32,000 bases of DNA from Propionibacteriaceae bacterium (GCA_031256725.1 JAIRQE010000006.1:150601-182600); one strand, 5' to 3'. Shown: positions 17,268 to 26,021, counted from the stretch's first letter. Made by a program: numbers and translations. The notes: generated from the sequence alone by a model not told the origin.

Positions 17268-18254
17268 ATGGCTCATAGTAGTGGTACAAAAGCCGTTGTT
17301 GCGGCAATGTCAGCGAATCTCGCTATTGCAGTTATGAAGCTTGTGGCTTTTCTGCTCACACGGGCATCCTCGATGCTTGCGGAGGCGATCCACTCTTTCG
17401 CTGACTGTGCCAACCAGGTTCTTCTTCTCCTTGGTGGTCGAAGCGCACAGAAACAGGCCACACCCCTTCACCCCTTTGGTTATGGTCGTGCCCGTTATCT
17501 ATCAGCCTTCCTCGTGTCGATCATACTGTTTTCTATGGGTGGGCTCTTCGCTCTCTACGAGGCCTACCACAAGTTGGAAGAGGTACGCGCGGGGCACCCC
17601 AATGAGTTGTTGAACTCCTCATGGTGGTGGGTGCCCTTGGCTGTCCTCGGTGGAGCAATTATCGCCGAATCCTTGAGTCTTCGTACCGCTGTCATAGAAT
17701 CCCGTCCACATAAGGGCAGCACCTCATGGGCACGGTTCATCAAGAGTTCCAAGTCTCCAGAGTTGCCCGTGATCCTCCTTGAGGATATAGCTGCTTTGTT
17801 GGGTCTGGTCTTTGCACTCATTGGGGTGGGAATGACCATTATTACCAAATGGGCAGGATGGGATGTGATTGGTACAGTTGCGATCGGTATCCTGCTCATC
17901 TGTGTTGCAGTGGTCCTCGCTGCCGAAACTCGATCCCTGTTGATTGGTGAGGCTGCTTCAGATGAGGAGATCGAAAAGATCACTACTGCGATGACTGGTA
18001 CTGCTGGAATCCAGTCGATCATCCACATGAAAACCATCCACTTGGGGCCAGAAGAGGTACTCGTGGCCGCAAAGGTCGAAGTTGATGCAGATGCCACTGC
18101 CAAGGAAGTAGCGGAAATTCTCAACTCTGCCGAGGCGGCTGTACGTCAGTCAAGCGCTGTTGTTGGGCCCATGTATCTTGAGCCTGATCTGCGACGTGAC
18201 GAGGGAGACACTTCTGTTTCTGAAGAAGTATCCACCACCAGTGACGAGCATTAG
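17268..18254 (+). CDS. Cation diffusion facilitator (CDF) family divalent-metal efflux transporter
   Basis: 328 aa with a six-TM profile, a TM2 HSFAD (HxxxD) site and a C-terminal cytoplasmic domain (IHMKTIHLGPEEVLVAAKVEV). Confidence 0.85.
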   Translation: MAHSSGTKAVVAAMSANLAIAVMKLVAFLLTRASSMLAEAIHSFADCANQVLLLLGGRSAQKQATPLHPFGYGRARYLSAFLVSIILFSMGGLFALYEAYHKLEEVRAGHPNELLNSSWWWVPLAVLGGAIIAESLSLRTAVIESRPHKGSTSWARFIKSSKSPELPVILLEDIAALLGLVFALIGVGMTIITKWAGWDVIGTVAIGILLICVAVVLAAETRSLLIGEAASDEEIEKITTAMTGTAGIQSIIHMKTIHLGPEEVLVAAKVEVDADATAKEVAEILNSAEAAVRQSSAVVGPMYLEPDLRRDEGDTSVSEEVSTTSDEH

Positions 18255-18485
18255 TTGTCCTAGAAATAACTGACGTTTTTCTTGCGAAATATGCCGGATT
18301 ACTAGCCAAAACCATTGAAAATCTTTTTTTTCTCGTATGAATGTGGTGTTGCTAGATAATGGAAAATCGACGCGCTATGATGTGGCTTATGATTGTCCGT
18401 CTCACAACGATGTTGGTCGCGGCTGATCACAGAGACGCACTAGAAAGCATGGGCGACTGGAAGTCCCCAAAGGAGCGGAGTTCGT

Positions 18486-19727
18486 GTGACATATTCAATG
18501 GACGGTTGGCAAGAGCCAACTTTTGCAGAAAACCTAGAGAGGGCCGGTGTATCTCGCCGCGACTTTCTTAAGTATTGCGGTAGCATCGCTGCCGTATTTG
18601 CAGCAGGTTCTACTGTGCTGGGCTCAGCGGCCCAAGCTCATGGAGCCCCCACACCTGGCACGGTAACAGCTGAAGATGTTGCCAATGCCTTCGAATCGGT
18701 GAAAAAGCCGAACGTTGTGTGGCTTCAGTTGCAGGAATGTACAGGATGTATTGAGTCTGTACTGAGAGGTGGGGGGACAACTGTTGAGGACGTTGTATTG
18801 AACCTTCTGTCAGTCACATATAACGAATGCATCATGGCACCTTCCGGCGAGGCTGCTAACAAGGTACTTGAAGATACCATCCACGAGGGTGGTCATATCC
18901 TTATTGTAAACGGGTCAGTTTCCCGTAGTGACAACGGTGTCTACTGTGTCATTGGTGGGAAGACCTCTGAAGAGGTACTCAAGGAGTCTGCCGAGAAGGC
19001 TGCCGCAATTCTTGCTGTCGGTGCCTGTGCCGTTTATGGGGGTGTGCAGGCCTCAAAGCCGAATCCCACCGGTGCCTGTGGCGTAGACGACATCATCAAG
19101 AGCAAGGCTGTTATCAATGTAGCAGGTTGCCCACCAATCGCTGAAGTGATCCTGGCAACAGTGGCCTATTTCCTCACCCATGGTGAGGCACCAAAGACAG
19201 ACTCTCAGGGGCGTCCGCTGTTCGCCTATGATCAGCGCATCCACGACTCCTGTCACCGTCGTTCACACTTTGACGCTGGGCAGTTCGTACGTACCTTTGA
19301 TGACGAGGGTGCGCGCAACGGATGGTGCCTGTACCACGTTGGATGCAAGGGCCCGAGCACGTTCAGCCCATGCCCCATCATTCAGTGGAATATGCATACC
19401 TCCTGGCCTGTGGGCGCAGGACATCCATGCATTGGCTGTACCGAAAAGAACTTCTTCGATGTGTACACCCCCTTCTACTCCAGGCTGCCCAATGTGCCAG
19501 GCTTCCCAGTTGAGGGAACCGCAGAGAAGGTTGGTCTCGGTTTGATGGCCGCCACAGTCGCTGGTATCGGTATCCATGCTGGAGCCACCGCGATTCGTAA
19601 AGCTGCTGCCTCAAAAGAGTCCCATGAAGAACCCCTTCAAGCCTTCGGTGATGAGGTAACAGAACCTCGTCGCGCCGCTACTACCGATGCCGCAGACACG
19701 GCAACCAATGAATCCGGAAAGGAATAA
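18486..19727 (+). CDS. [NiFe] uptake hydrogenase small subunit (Tat-exported, membrane-anchored)
   Basis: GTG start with AAGGAG 10 nt upstream. It has the twin-arginine motif SRRDFLKY, FeS-cluster cysteine motifs (ECTGCIES, GACAVYGG, CPP, HDSCHRRSHF, CKGP...CP, HPCIGC) and a C-terminal TM helix. Confidence 0.95.
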   Translation: MTYSMDGWQEPTFAENLERAGVSRRDFLKYCGSIAAVFAAGSTVLGSAAQAHGAPTPGTVTAEDVANAFESVKKPNVVWLQLQECTGCIESVLRGGGTTVEDVVLNLLSVTYNECIMAPSGEAANKVLEDTIHEGGHILIVNGSVSRSDNGVYCVIGGKTSEEVLKESAEKAAAILAVGACAVYGGVQASKPNPTGACGVDDIIKSKAVINVAGCPPIAEVILATVAYFLTHGEAPKTDSQGRPLFAYDQRIHDSCHRRSHFDAGQFVRTFDDEGARNGWCLYHVGCKGPSTFSPCPIIQWNMHTSWPVGAGHPCIGCTEKNFFDVYTPFYSRLPNVPGFPVEGTAEKVGLGLMAATVAGIGIHAGATAIRKAAASKESHEEPLQAFGDEVTEPRRAATTDAADTATNESGKE

Positions 19728-19730
19728 ATC

Positions 19731-21518
19731 ATGGCAGACCGCGTCGTTATTGACCCCATCACTCGTATTGAGGGACACCTGCGCCTCGAATTGGAAACTT
19801 CTGGAGGAAAGATCACTGATGCATGGAGTCAAGCCACCCAGTTCCGTGGCTTGGAAACCATCCTTCAGGGTCGTGATCCTCGTGATGCCTGGGCTTTCAC
19901 CCAGCGTATCTGTGGAGTATGTACTGGTGTTCACGCCATCACATCGATCACCGCTGTTGAGAACGCTATTGGTTCGCAACCGCCGGAGCAGGCTCTGTTG
20001 ATCCGTGACATGATCATGGCCTCCCAGGAGATCCAGGATCACGTAATCCATTTCTATCACCTGCATGCTCTCGACTTCGTCAACGTCGCTAATGCAGCCA
20101 AGGCTGATCCTGCTGCGGCTGTTGCCTTCGCTGAAGCGATTGGATCGACATGGAGGGGTAATACCCTCACGAGAATGACTGAGGTTCGTGACACCGTTCA
20201 GGCGATCCTGGATTCCGGTCAGTTGTCCATCTTCACAGGTGGGTACTGGGGGCATCCGGATTACCGGCTCCCACCAGAAGCCGATCTGATGGCTGTTGCT
20301 CACTACTTGGATGCGCTAGAGTTCCAGCGCTCAATGATCCGTATCAATACGGTCTTTGGCGGAAAGAACCCTCACCCGCACTTCCTCGTTGGTGGCATGG
20401 CATGTTCCATTGATCAGAACAAGTCTGAAACGGTCAACCAGGTTCAGGTCTCGAATATCCAGAAGTGGGTTGCTGAGTGCCTCGAATTTGTTGAGACCTG
20501 CTATGTGCCCGATGCTTTGGCTGTTGTGGGTGTCTATAAGGATTACTTCGATATTGGTGCTTCAACCCCCAACTACCTCGCTATAGGTCTTGCGGGTGCC
20601 ACCTATGGTGGAGATCCCAATGTTGTGCCGAAGTTCCCAACCGCGAAGATGGATGTTAAGCCGGGTGTCATCTTTGATGATGACTTCTCCACGGTTCATC
20701 CTTTCGACCATACAAAGATCACTGAGTCTATTGCCTCAGCATGGTTCTCCTATGAGGGAGGGGCTACGGCTCTGACACCTGATCTCGGTGAGACGGCTCC
20801 GAAGTACACCGGCCCTCAGCCACCCTACGAAGCTCGTACCATAGCCCAAGATGATTCTGTTCTCCTGGCTAGCAGGGAAGAAGGCTGGGACGGAAAGTAC
20901 ACCTGGAGCAAGGAACCAATGTACGACGGCAAGCGCATGCAGGTTGGTCCTGTTGCTCGTGTCATCTTGGCCTATGCTCAAGGCCACGAACGTATGAAAG
21001 AGATCGTGGATGGTGCTGTTGCAACGTTGGGTATCAGCCTCAGCCAGATGAACTCAACAGCTGGTCGTGCTCTGGCTCGTGCAGCTGAGTGCTTGTTGTC
21101 AGCTGAGATTCTCGCTAATTCGACCTTCCCCAAGTTCGTGGAGAACCTCACCCAGGGTGACATCAATGTTTTCGACGCCACCAAGTGGGAGCCCTCAACC
21201 TGGGATAAGGAATGCTCTGGCTTCGGTATGGTCGAGGTTGCTCGCGGAATGCTTAGCCACTGGGTCACCATTAAGGACAAGGCTATTGATCGTTATCAGT
21301 GCGTTGTGCCATCCACATGGCTCGGTGGTGGTCGTGATGGTGAGGGCAATATGAGCCCTTACGAACATGCACTCGCTGGTGATGGGACCCACCCATTGGT
21401 TGATCCTGAGCAGCCCCTTGAGGTCTTGCGTACGATCCACTCCTTCGATCCATGCATGTCATGTGCTGTTCACGTTCTCGACGAGGATGGCAAGGTACTA
21501 CAGGTGGCACAATCATGA
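19731..21518 (+). CDS. [NiFe] hydrogenase large subunit
   Basis: 595 aa with the N-terminal ligand motif RICGVCTGVH and the C-terminal motif DPCMSCAVH. A 14-aa tail (VLDEDGKVLQVAQS) follows, as expected for endopeptidase processing. Confidence 0.95.
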   Translation: MADRVVIDPITRIEGHLRLELETSGGKITDAWSQATQFRGLETILQGRDPRDAWAFTQRICGVCTGVHAITSITAVENAIGSQPPEQALLIRDMIMASQEIQDHVIHFYHLHALDFVNVANAAKADPAAAVAFAEAIGSTWRGNTLTRMTEVRDTVQAILDSGQLSIFTGGYWGHPDYRLPPEADLMAVAHYLDALEFQRSMIRINTVFGGKNPHPHFLVGGMACSIDQNKSETVNQVQVSNIQKWVAECLEFVETCYVPDALAVVGVYKDYFDIGASTPNYLAIGLAGATYGGDPNVVPKFPTAKMDVKPGVIFDDDFSTVHPFDHTKITESIASAWFSYEGGATALTPDLGETAPKYTGPQPPYEARTIAQDDSVLLASREEGWDGKYTWSKEPMYDGKRMQVGPVARVILAYAQGHERMKEIVDGAVATLGISLSQMNSTAGRALARAAECLLSAEILANSTFPKFVENLTQGDINVFDATKWEPSTWDKECSGFGMVEVARGMLSHWVTIKDKAIDRYQCVVPSTWLGGGRDGEGNMSPYEHALAGDGTHPLVDPEQPLEVLRTIHSFDPCMSCAVHVLDEDGKVLQVAQS

Positions 21519-22741
21519 CCAAAAGTACCCCTACCGATCAGGTTGAGATACCGACCCTAGTGGTCGGAACTGCCTACAGCCTGGGAGCGGTCAGCGAGGG
21601 ACGCATCATGACAATGGCGGCGGCAAGTCCGCCGAATAGTACTGATCCTGTGGATCAGGCAGCCATTGAGGTGCTCAAGGCCAATTATGTTGGTCTGGAG
21701 GTTCCCGAAGTTGCCGCTGATGATGTTGATCCCGCGAGCCTCAAACGGCGTTACAGTTTGGCGAGGATTCGTCGCTATAACCGCCAGGATGGGCATATCG
21801 ATGATCGAGTTATCATGCGTGGAGACTTGGATGCCGTCCTTGAGAAGGTGAAGATCTCCAAAGAGCAGACCAGGCTTGTGAAAAAGAATGCCGCAGTGGT
21901 CATCCGCAATGGGTGGCGTCCACTGGCTGTTGCTCGTGCCAAGGTTGATCATAATGACATTGTTGGGGCTTTCCGCTTGGAGGGCTTCATCCCTGTGGCT
22001 CCCGAAGGACACGCTGGTGATGACATGGATGTGTCAACAGGACCAGCAGTGTGGGCACGTGTACGCGTGTGGTCAGCATCCCTGCGCTTCCAGCATTGGC
22101 TCAATGTTGCGGTTATCTTTATCCTGAGTTGTACAGGCATTTTCATCATGGATCCCTTCTTTGGTGCAACAGCATTGGGTACGGATGCCAGTGGCTACCT
22201 CATGGGTATTATCCGTTTGATCCACTTCATCGCAGCCTTCGTGTGGCTCATCATTGGTGCCGCTCGAATCTGGTCCGCTTTCATGTCCCGTGATAGGTAC
22301 CTTCGATGGCCATCCATGTGGCCGCTGAAGAGCAAAGATGATGTGAAGCACCTTGGACAGATACTCCAGCATTATGCTCTTATCAAAGAGCATGCGCCTT
22401 TGTATCTGGCTCACAATCCGTTGCAGCAGTTGGCATATACCTCTGTGTACATTGCCTGTGGTTTACAGATGCTCTCAGGGTTTGTCCTCTATGGGCTCTA
22501 TCACCCATCGAATCCTTTCTGGTCCTTGGTGTCTTTGCCGGCGGCATGGTTCGGAGTTGGAGTGGTACGTCTCTTCCACACCTTGATGATGTTTGGACTG
22601 TGGGCCTTCGTGATCATGCACATCTACCTTGTACTCAGGGCTGAGTCCCTGGAACGCCACGGTGGTCTGTCTGCCATGATCAACGGCGGCGTATGGGTGA
22701 AGCGTGGTGCTGAGCCTGTGGATGCCCCCAAGGTCGAGTGA
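21515..22741 (+). CDS. Hydrogenase b-type cytochrome subunit with a ~180-aa N-terminal extension resembling a P-type ATPase N-domain
   Basis: ATG 21515 overlaps the large-subunit stop (ATGA). The C-terminal half has LRFQHWLN, four TM helices and conserved His residues (IRLIHFIAAF, RLFHTLMMF, VIMHIYL). The N-terminal half is described in the findings. Confidence 0.8.
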   Translation: MTKSTPTDQVEIPTLVVGTAYSLGAVSEGRIMTMAAASPPNSTDPVDQAAIEVLKANYVGLEVPEVAADDVDPASLKRRYSLARIRRYNRQDGHIDDRVIMRGDLDAVLEKVKISKEQTRLVKKNAAVVIRNGWRPLAVARAKVDHNDIVGAFRLEGFIPVAPEGHAGDDMDVSTGPAVWARVRVWSASLRFQHWLNVAVIFILSCTGIFIMDPFFGATALGTDASGYLMGIIRLIHFIAAFVWLIIGAARIWSAFMSRDRYLRWPSMWPLKSKDDVKHLGQILQHYALIKEHAPLYLAHNPLQQLAYTSVYIACGLQMLSGFVLYGLYHPSNPFWSLVSLPAAWFGVGVVRLFHTLMMFGLWAFVIMHIYLVLRAESLERHGGLSAMINGGVWVKRGAEPVDAPKVE

Positions 22742-23271
22742 GACGTGTGGAGATCGAAGATATAACTTCATCATCCTGTGCTAACACTCAGGATACCGAT
22801 GGGTTTGCCGTCACCGTTTTGGGTGTCGGCAACCCCATCATGGGTGATGATGGGGTAGGCATTGAGTTACTCGCAAGGGTGCAAGATGTCTGCCCTGATC
22901 CACGCATTGAGTTCGTGGACGGCGGTACAGCTGGCTTGGAATTGCTCCATGTAGTTCAAGATTCGGAACGAATCCTCTTGCTAGATGCAATCGCTGGTGA
23001 TACTCCTGGGAAGGTAGTCGAGGTCGATGGAGACCAGATTCCTCGACTGATGGCAGCCAAACTCTCACCCCATCAAGTGGGATTAGTGGACATCTTTTCT
23101 GCTGCGCGCCTCTTGGGATATGAACCACGCGAAGTCGTCGCAGTAGGAGTTGTACCCGAATTTGTTGATACGAAGTACGGCCTGACACCTGTGGTGGAGG
23201 AAGCCCTTGATGAGGCAACCAAGCAGGCTGTGAGTATCCTTGAACGGTGGCTCGCTGAGCTACCAGAATAA
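22738..23271 (+). CDS. Hydrogenase maturation endopeptidase (HyaD/HybD family)
   Basis: Motifs VLGVGNPIMGDDGVG, DGGTAGLELL, LLLDA and LSPHQVGL. The GTG start overlaps the preceding stop (GTGA). Confidence 0.85.
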   Translation: MRRVEIEDITSSSCANTQDTDGFAVTVLGVGNPIMGDDGVGIELLARVQDVCPDPRIEFVDGGTAGLELLHVVQDSERILLLDAIAGDTPGKVVEVDGDQIPRLMAAKLSPHQVGLVDIFSAARLLGYEPREVVAVGVVPEFVDTKYGLTPVVEEALDEATKQAVSILERWLAELPE

Positions 23272-23291
23272 GCGGAGCGAAGTCTGTGACC

Positions 23292-23642
23292 CTAGTTGTC
23301 TCTCAGATCTGCGAAAGTGACCTCGAATTCCTTCCCGGAAACGAGGTTACCAGTGGGTGTAGAACACTGGGGACACACCAGTGCAAAGAACTCATCGATG
23401 TCTTGCTTGGCCTCACATTGAGGACACCATACCTGGGCTTGGATGGTTTCAATCTCAAGGATGGCCCCGTCAACGAGGGTGCCTTGGGTGGCCAAAGGCC
23501 AAGCGCCACAAAGGGCTTCCTCGTGGGTTCCACTCATGGTACCAACGCGAAGGCCCACCTTCTCAACCCCAGTGGCGCCCCTAGATTCAGCCACCTGCGT
23601 GACCGCAGTAACCACACCGGTCAGCAATCCCAGTTCATGCAT
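23292..23642 (-). CDS. hypA: Hydrogenase nickel-insertion protein HypA
   Basis: 116 aa with an MHE N-terminus and two CxxC pairs (CPQC ... CPQC). Confidence 0.9.
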   Translation of the reverse strand: MHELGLLTGVVTAVTQVAESRGATGVEKVGLRVGTMSGTHEEALCGAWPLATQGTLVDGAILEIETIQAQVWCPQCEAKQDIDEFFALVCPQCSTPTGNLVSGKEFEVTFADLRDN

Positions 23643-23668
23643 CCTGACTCCCGATTCCAGATTGGACT

Positions 23669-24925
23669 TTGGTCATGATACAACATGTTAATGTCTCTCA
23701 GATCATAGATGCCGCCCCAGCCCGCGTGGTACTCACTCGTGATGGTGAAGGTACTCTCACAGATGCTGCCTTCGACCTCTCAGGGTTGCCCAGAGTTGAT
23801 GCGATGTTGACCGGTCGACCAGTGGTCGAGGTACCTGCTCTCGTGGAAAGGCTGTGTGGGATCTGCCCCCAGGCCCATCATTTGGCAGGAACACGAGCCC
23901 TGGAGGCCCTTTCAGGTCTCACGGACCTTCCCCCAACAGCAACGGCTCTTAGACGTCTGTTGCATTATTCGAGCGTGATCGCGATTCACATTGTGGGCCT
24001 GATTGTCACCGACCAGGCTGAGGCTTTGATTCTTAGACGTTTTGCGAAGGCGGGGATGACGGCTTCAGGGTCCCCAGGGCATTTTCCGGCCACGGCTGTA
24101 CCGGGTGGGGTTCTGGCCTTAGCAGATCCAGCAAAGGTTAAGGAATGTGTGGAACTTGTACCTGAGGCTTTGAGTGCGGCACTCAGGCTTGTGGAGCGCA
24201 GTCTTGGGGTACACGCGCCTCCAGACCATTTTGATGGCGCGGATCTTGCTCTTGTTGATGATCAGGGAAACCTTGACTTGTTTGGAATGGCGTTGAGTGC
24301 GGTTTCCCCGGACGGCGGATCTGTTCTTGATCGGATGGGGCCCGAACTCTGGGATGAGATCGTGGCCGAAGCAGTGCCAGGGTCCTCAGCACCCAAGCCT
24401 TTCATCAGGGCTCTGGGAGCCTCATCGGGTGCCTATCGTGTGGGGCCTGTGGCGCAGTTGCGGGTTGCACAGTTAGCAACCCCTCAGGCGAGCGACTACA
24501 AGGACCAATGGCGTACACAGGGTCATGGGGCTGCATGTGCACGGGCGATCATCATTCTTCACTGTGTTGAGACTATTGTGGATCTCTTGGCGAACCCCGA
24601 TCTTGTCACGGGTACTCTCATCACCGAGTGGTCTGCGAATCTGTCTCAAGCGATTGGGGTTGGTTGGGTTGATGGTGCTCGCGGGCTCTTAGTACATCGG
24701 TATGAAACGACCGAGGATGCTCGTGTGAAGCAGGCCACCATTTTGACTCCTACAGCCCAAAATGAACCCTGGTTGGGTGGACTTCTTAGGCGGGCTGCTC
24801 AAGGGTCTGGAAAGTCGGTTCAGGTCAGTTTGGAGGATGCTATCCGGACGGTAGACCCGTGTTTGCCCTGTTCGTCTGCTCCTGCTGGCACAATGGATCT
24901 CGTTGTTGATACAGTTTCGACATAA
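23669..24925 (+). CDS. Short [NiFe] large-subunit paralog (HupK/HoxV-like putative maturation scaffold)
   Basis: ~416 aa. It has an N-terminal RLCGICPQAHH and a C-terminal DPCLPCSS, with no His and no cleavable tail. The listed start is TTG 23669; ATG 23675 is more likely. Confidence 0.65.
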   Translation: MVMIQHVNVSQIIDAAPARVVLTRDGEGTLTDAAFDLSGLPRVDAMLTGRPVVEVPALVERLCGICPQAHHLAGTRALEALSGLTDLPPTATALRRLLHYSSVIAIHIVGLIVTDQAEALILRRFAKAGMTASGSPGHFPATAVPGGVLALADPAKVKECVELVPEALSAALRLVERSLGVHAPPDHFDGADLALVDDQGNLDLFGMALSAVSPDGGSVLDRMGPELWDEIVAEAVPGSSAPKPFIRALGASSGAYRVGPVAQLRVAQLATPQASDYKDQWRTQGHGAACARAIIILHCVETIVDLLANPDLVTGTLITEWSANLSQAIGVGWVDGARGLLVHRYETTEDARVKQATILTPTAQNEPWLGGLLRRAAQGSGKSVQVSLEDAIRTVDPCLPCSSAPAGTMDLVVDTVST

Positions 24926-24942
24926 TCGGAAGGATACTAGTA

Positions 24943-25248
24943 ATGTGTATTGCAGCTCCTGTACTCATTCTGGATATTGGTGAAGGGCCCATGCCTATGG
25001 GGCATGTTCTTCATGCTGGTGAGACTACATCCTGTTGTTTTGCTTATGTTCCCGAGGCCAGGGTCGGAGATTTTGTCTTGGTACAAAACGGTTTTGCCAT
25101 GCAGGTACTTGATGGTGGGGCTGTGGAAGAGTCCCTGGCCGCCTTTGAAGAGTTGGCGGGTACTCTCGGCAATTTCGATGCTCCAGGATTCAGGGGTCGC
25201 TCTGAACCCATGACAAGTGATCAGGAATTGGTCGAAAGGCTGCTCTAA
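24943..25248 (+). CDS. hypC: Hydrogenase assembly chaperone HypC/HupF family
   Basis: 101 aa with an N-terminal MCIAAP (essential Cys2) and the beta-barrel pattern GDFVLVQNGFAMQVL. Confidence 0.85.
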   Translation: MCIAAPVLILDIGEGPMPMGHVLHAGETTSCCFAYVPEARVGDFVLVQNGFAMQVLDGGAVEESLAAFEELAGTLGNFDAPGFRGRSEPMTSDQELVERLL

Positions 25249-25277
25249 CTTCAAGTTATCCTTGCCCAGGCTGGGAG

Positions 25278-25916
25278 GTGAATATGACTTTGGTTGCTCC
25301 CTTGAAGGAGAATCGAACCTTGAATTGTTGGATATTGGAACAATCTGAACTTGTGGCCTGTGTGTTCATGCCCATTGAGGATTCGGGAGGAAACTATCAC
25401 AGGTGGGCTGAACTACTAGGTGAACCAATGTCATTTAAGGAAAAGGGATTATTCGATTCGCGGATACCTGAGCTCAAAGAGTCAGGGCATTTTGGATGGC
25501 CCGAAGGGTGGACCACTAGGAAAACCGCAAGTACTCTTGCTCATACGCTTGAGACGATCACTGACGAGGGAGTTCTTTTCGTGGTGGCTTTCTCGCAGAT
25601 CTATGATCGTGATCTTTCGTGTGAACCGACTCTGCCGTGGAACGAAGAGCCATCCCGGTCGTTCATTGACATTACAAGAGCTGACCTCTTCGTGTGCGAT
25701 AATCTTGATCTCGTTGCTGGGGCGAGTATCGAAGAAGATCAGTACCTTCCAGTAGGGATATGGCCTGTGGACTTCTCCTGGGCTTTGACTTCCGTACTGT
25801 ATGAGGATAAGTGGTTCTTCTCTGGATCCAGGGCGGCATATTCGGTTTTGAAAGAGGCTGGCCTCGAAGTGGCAGAGGTTCCTTATACGTGTTATGTGTG
25901 TCACGGGGACGTGTAA
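25278..25916 (+). CDS. Hypothetical protein
   Basis: 212-aa ORF with plausible coding character but no motif I recognise. Its last ~6 codons and its stop lie inside the left arm of the inverted repeat at 25896-25922. Confidence 0.45.
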   Translation: MNMTLVAPLKENRTLNCWILEQSELVACVFMPIEDSGGNYHRWAELLGEPMSFKEKGLFDSRIPELKESGHFGWPEGWTTRKTASTLAHTLETITDEGVLFVVAFSQIYDRDLSCEPTLPWNEEPSRSFIDITRADLFVCDNLDLVAGASIEEDQYLPVGIWPVDFSWALTSVLYEDKWFFSGSRAAYSVLKEAGLEVAEVPYTCYVCHGDV

Positions 25917-26021
25917 TTTGACGTATTTGGGAGGGAATTTCATGGGGATTTGAACTCTAGAGGATCGGTAAATCTTCGGGTTTCAAGTGAAAATGTCAAA
26001 TTACACGTCCCTATGACACAC
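25896..26021. repeat. 27-bp imperfect inverted repeats (25/27 match, including a perfect 17-bp core) flanking a 72-bp spacer
   Basis: The left arm is 25896-25922 (gtgtgtcacggggacgtgtaatttgac). The right arm is 25995-26021 (gtcaaattacacgtccctatgacacac). The perfect core is gggacgtgtaatttgac (25906-25922) paired with 25995-26011. Confidence 0.9.

Noticed and set aside
17564-18124. 186-aa minus-strand ORF inside the CDF transporter gene
   Set aside because: It is an antisense shadow ORF with an Ala/Ser/Thr-rich, low-information sequence. The plus-strand gene has clear TM and HxxxD features.
18324-18360. T8 run and a GATAAT hexamer upstream of the hydrogenase operon, considered as terminator and promoter
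   Set aside because: No stem-loop precedes the T run, and no acceptable -35 lies at 16-18 bp from GATAAT. The evidence is insufficient for a call.
19611-20303. 230-aa minus-strand ORF overlapping the hydrogenase small/large subunit junction
   Set aside because: It is antisense to two genes with unmistakable [NiFe] hydrogenase motifs and has no motif of its own.
21452-21514. Upstream extension of the cytochrome b ORF (MHVMCCSRSRRGW...)
   Set aside because: It lies inside the large-subunit coding region. ATG 21515 forms an ATGA overlap with the large-subunit stop and is the more parsimonious start.
25931-25990. tRNA-like fragment (ggggatttgaac, complement of a T-loop-like gttcaaatcccc) between the inverted repeats
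   Set aside because: Folding it by hand gives only 3 of 5 T-stem pairs, with no acceptor or anticodon arms. At most it is a decayed tRNA 3' fragment or att remnant, not a tRNA gene.
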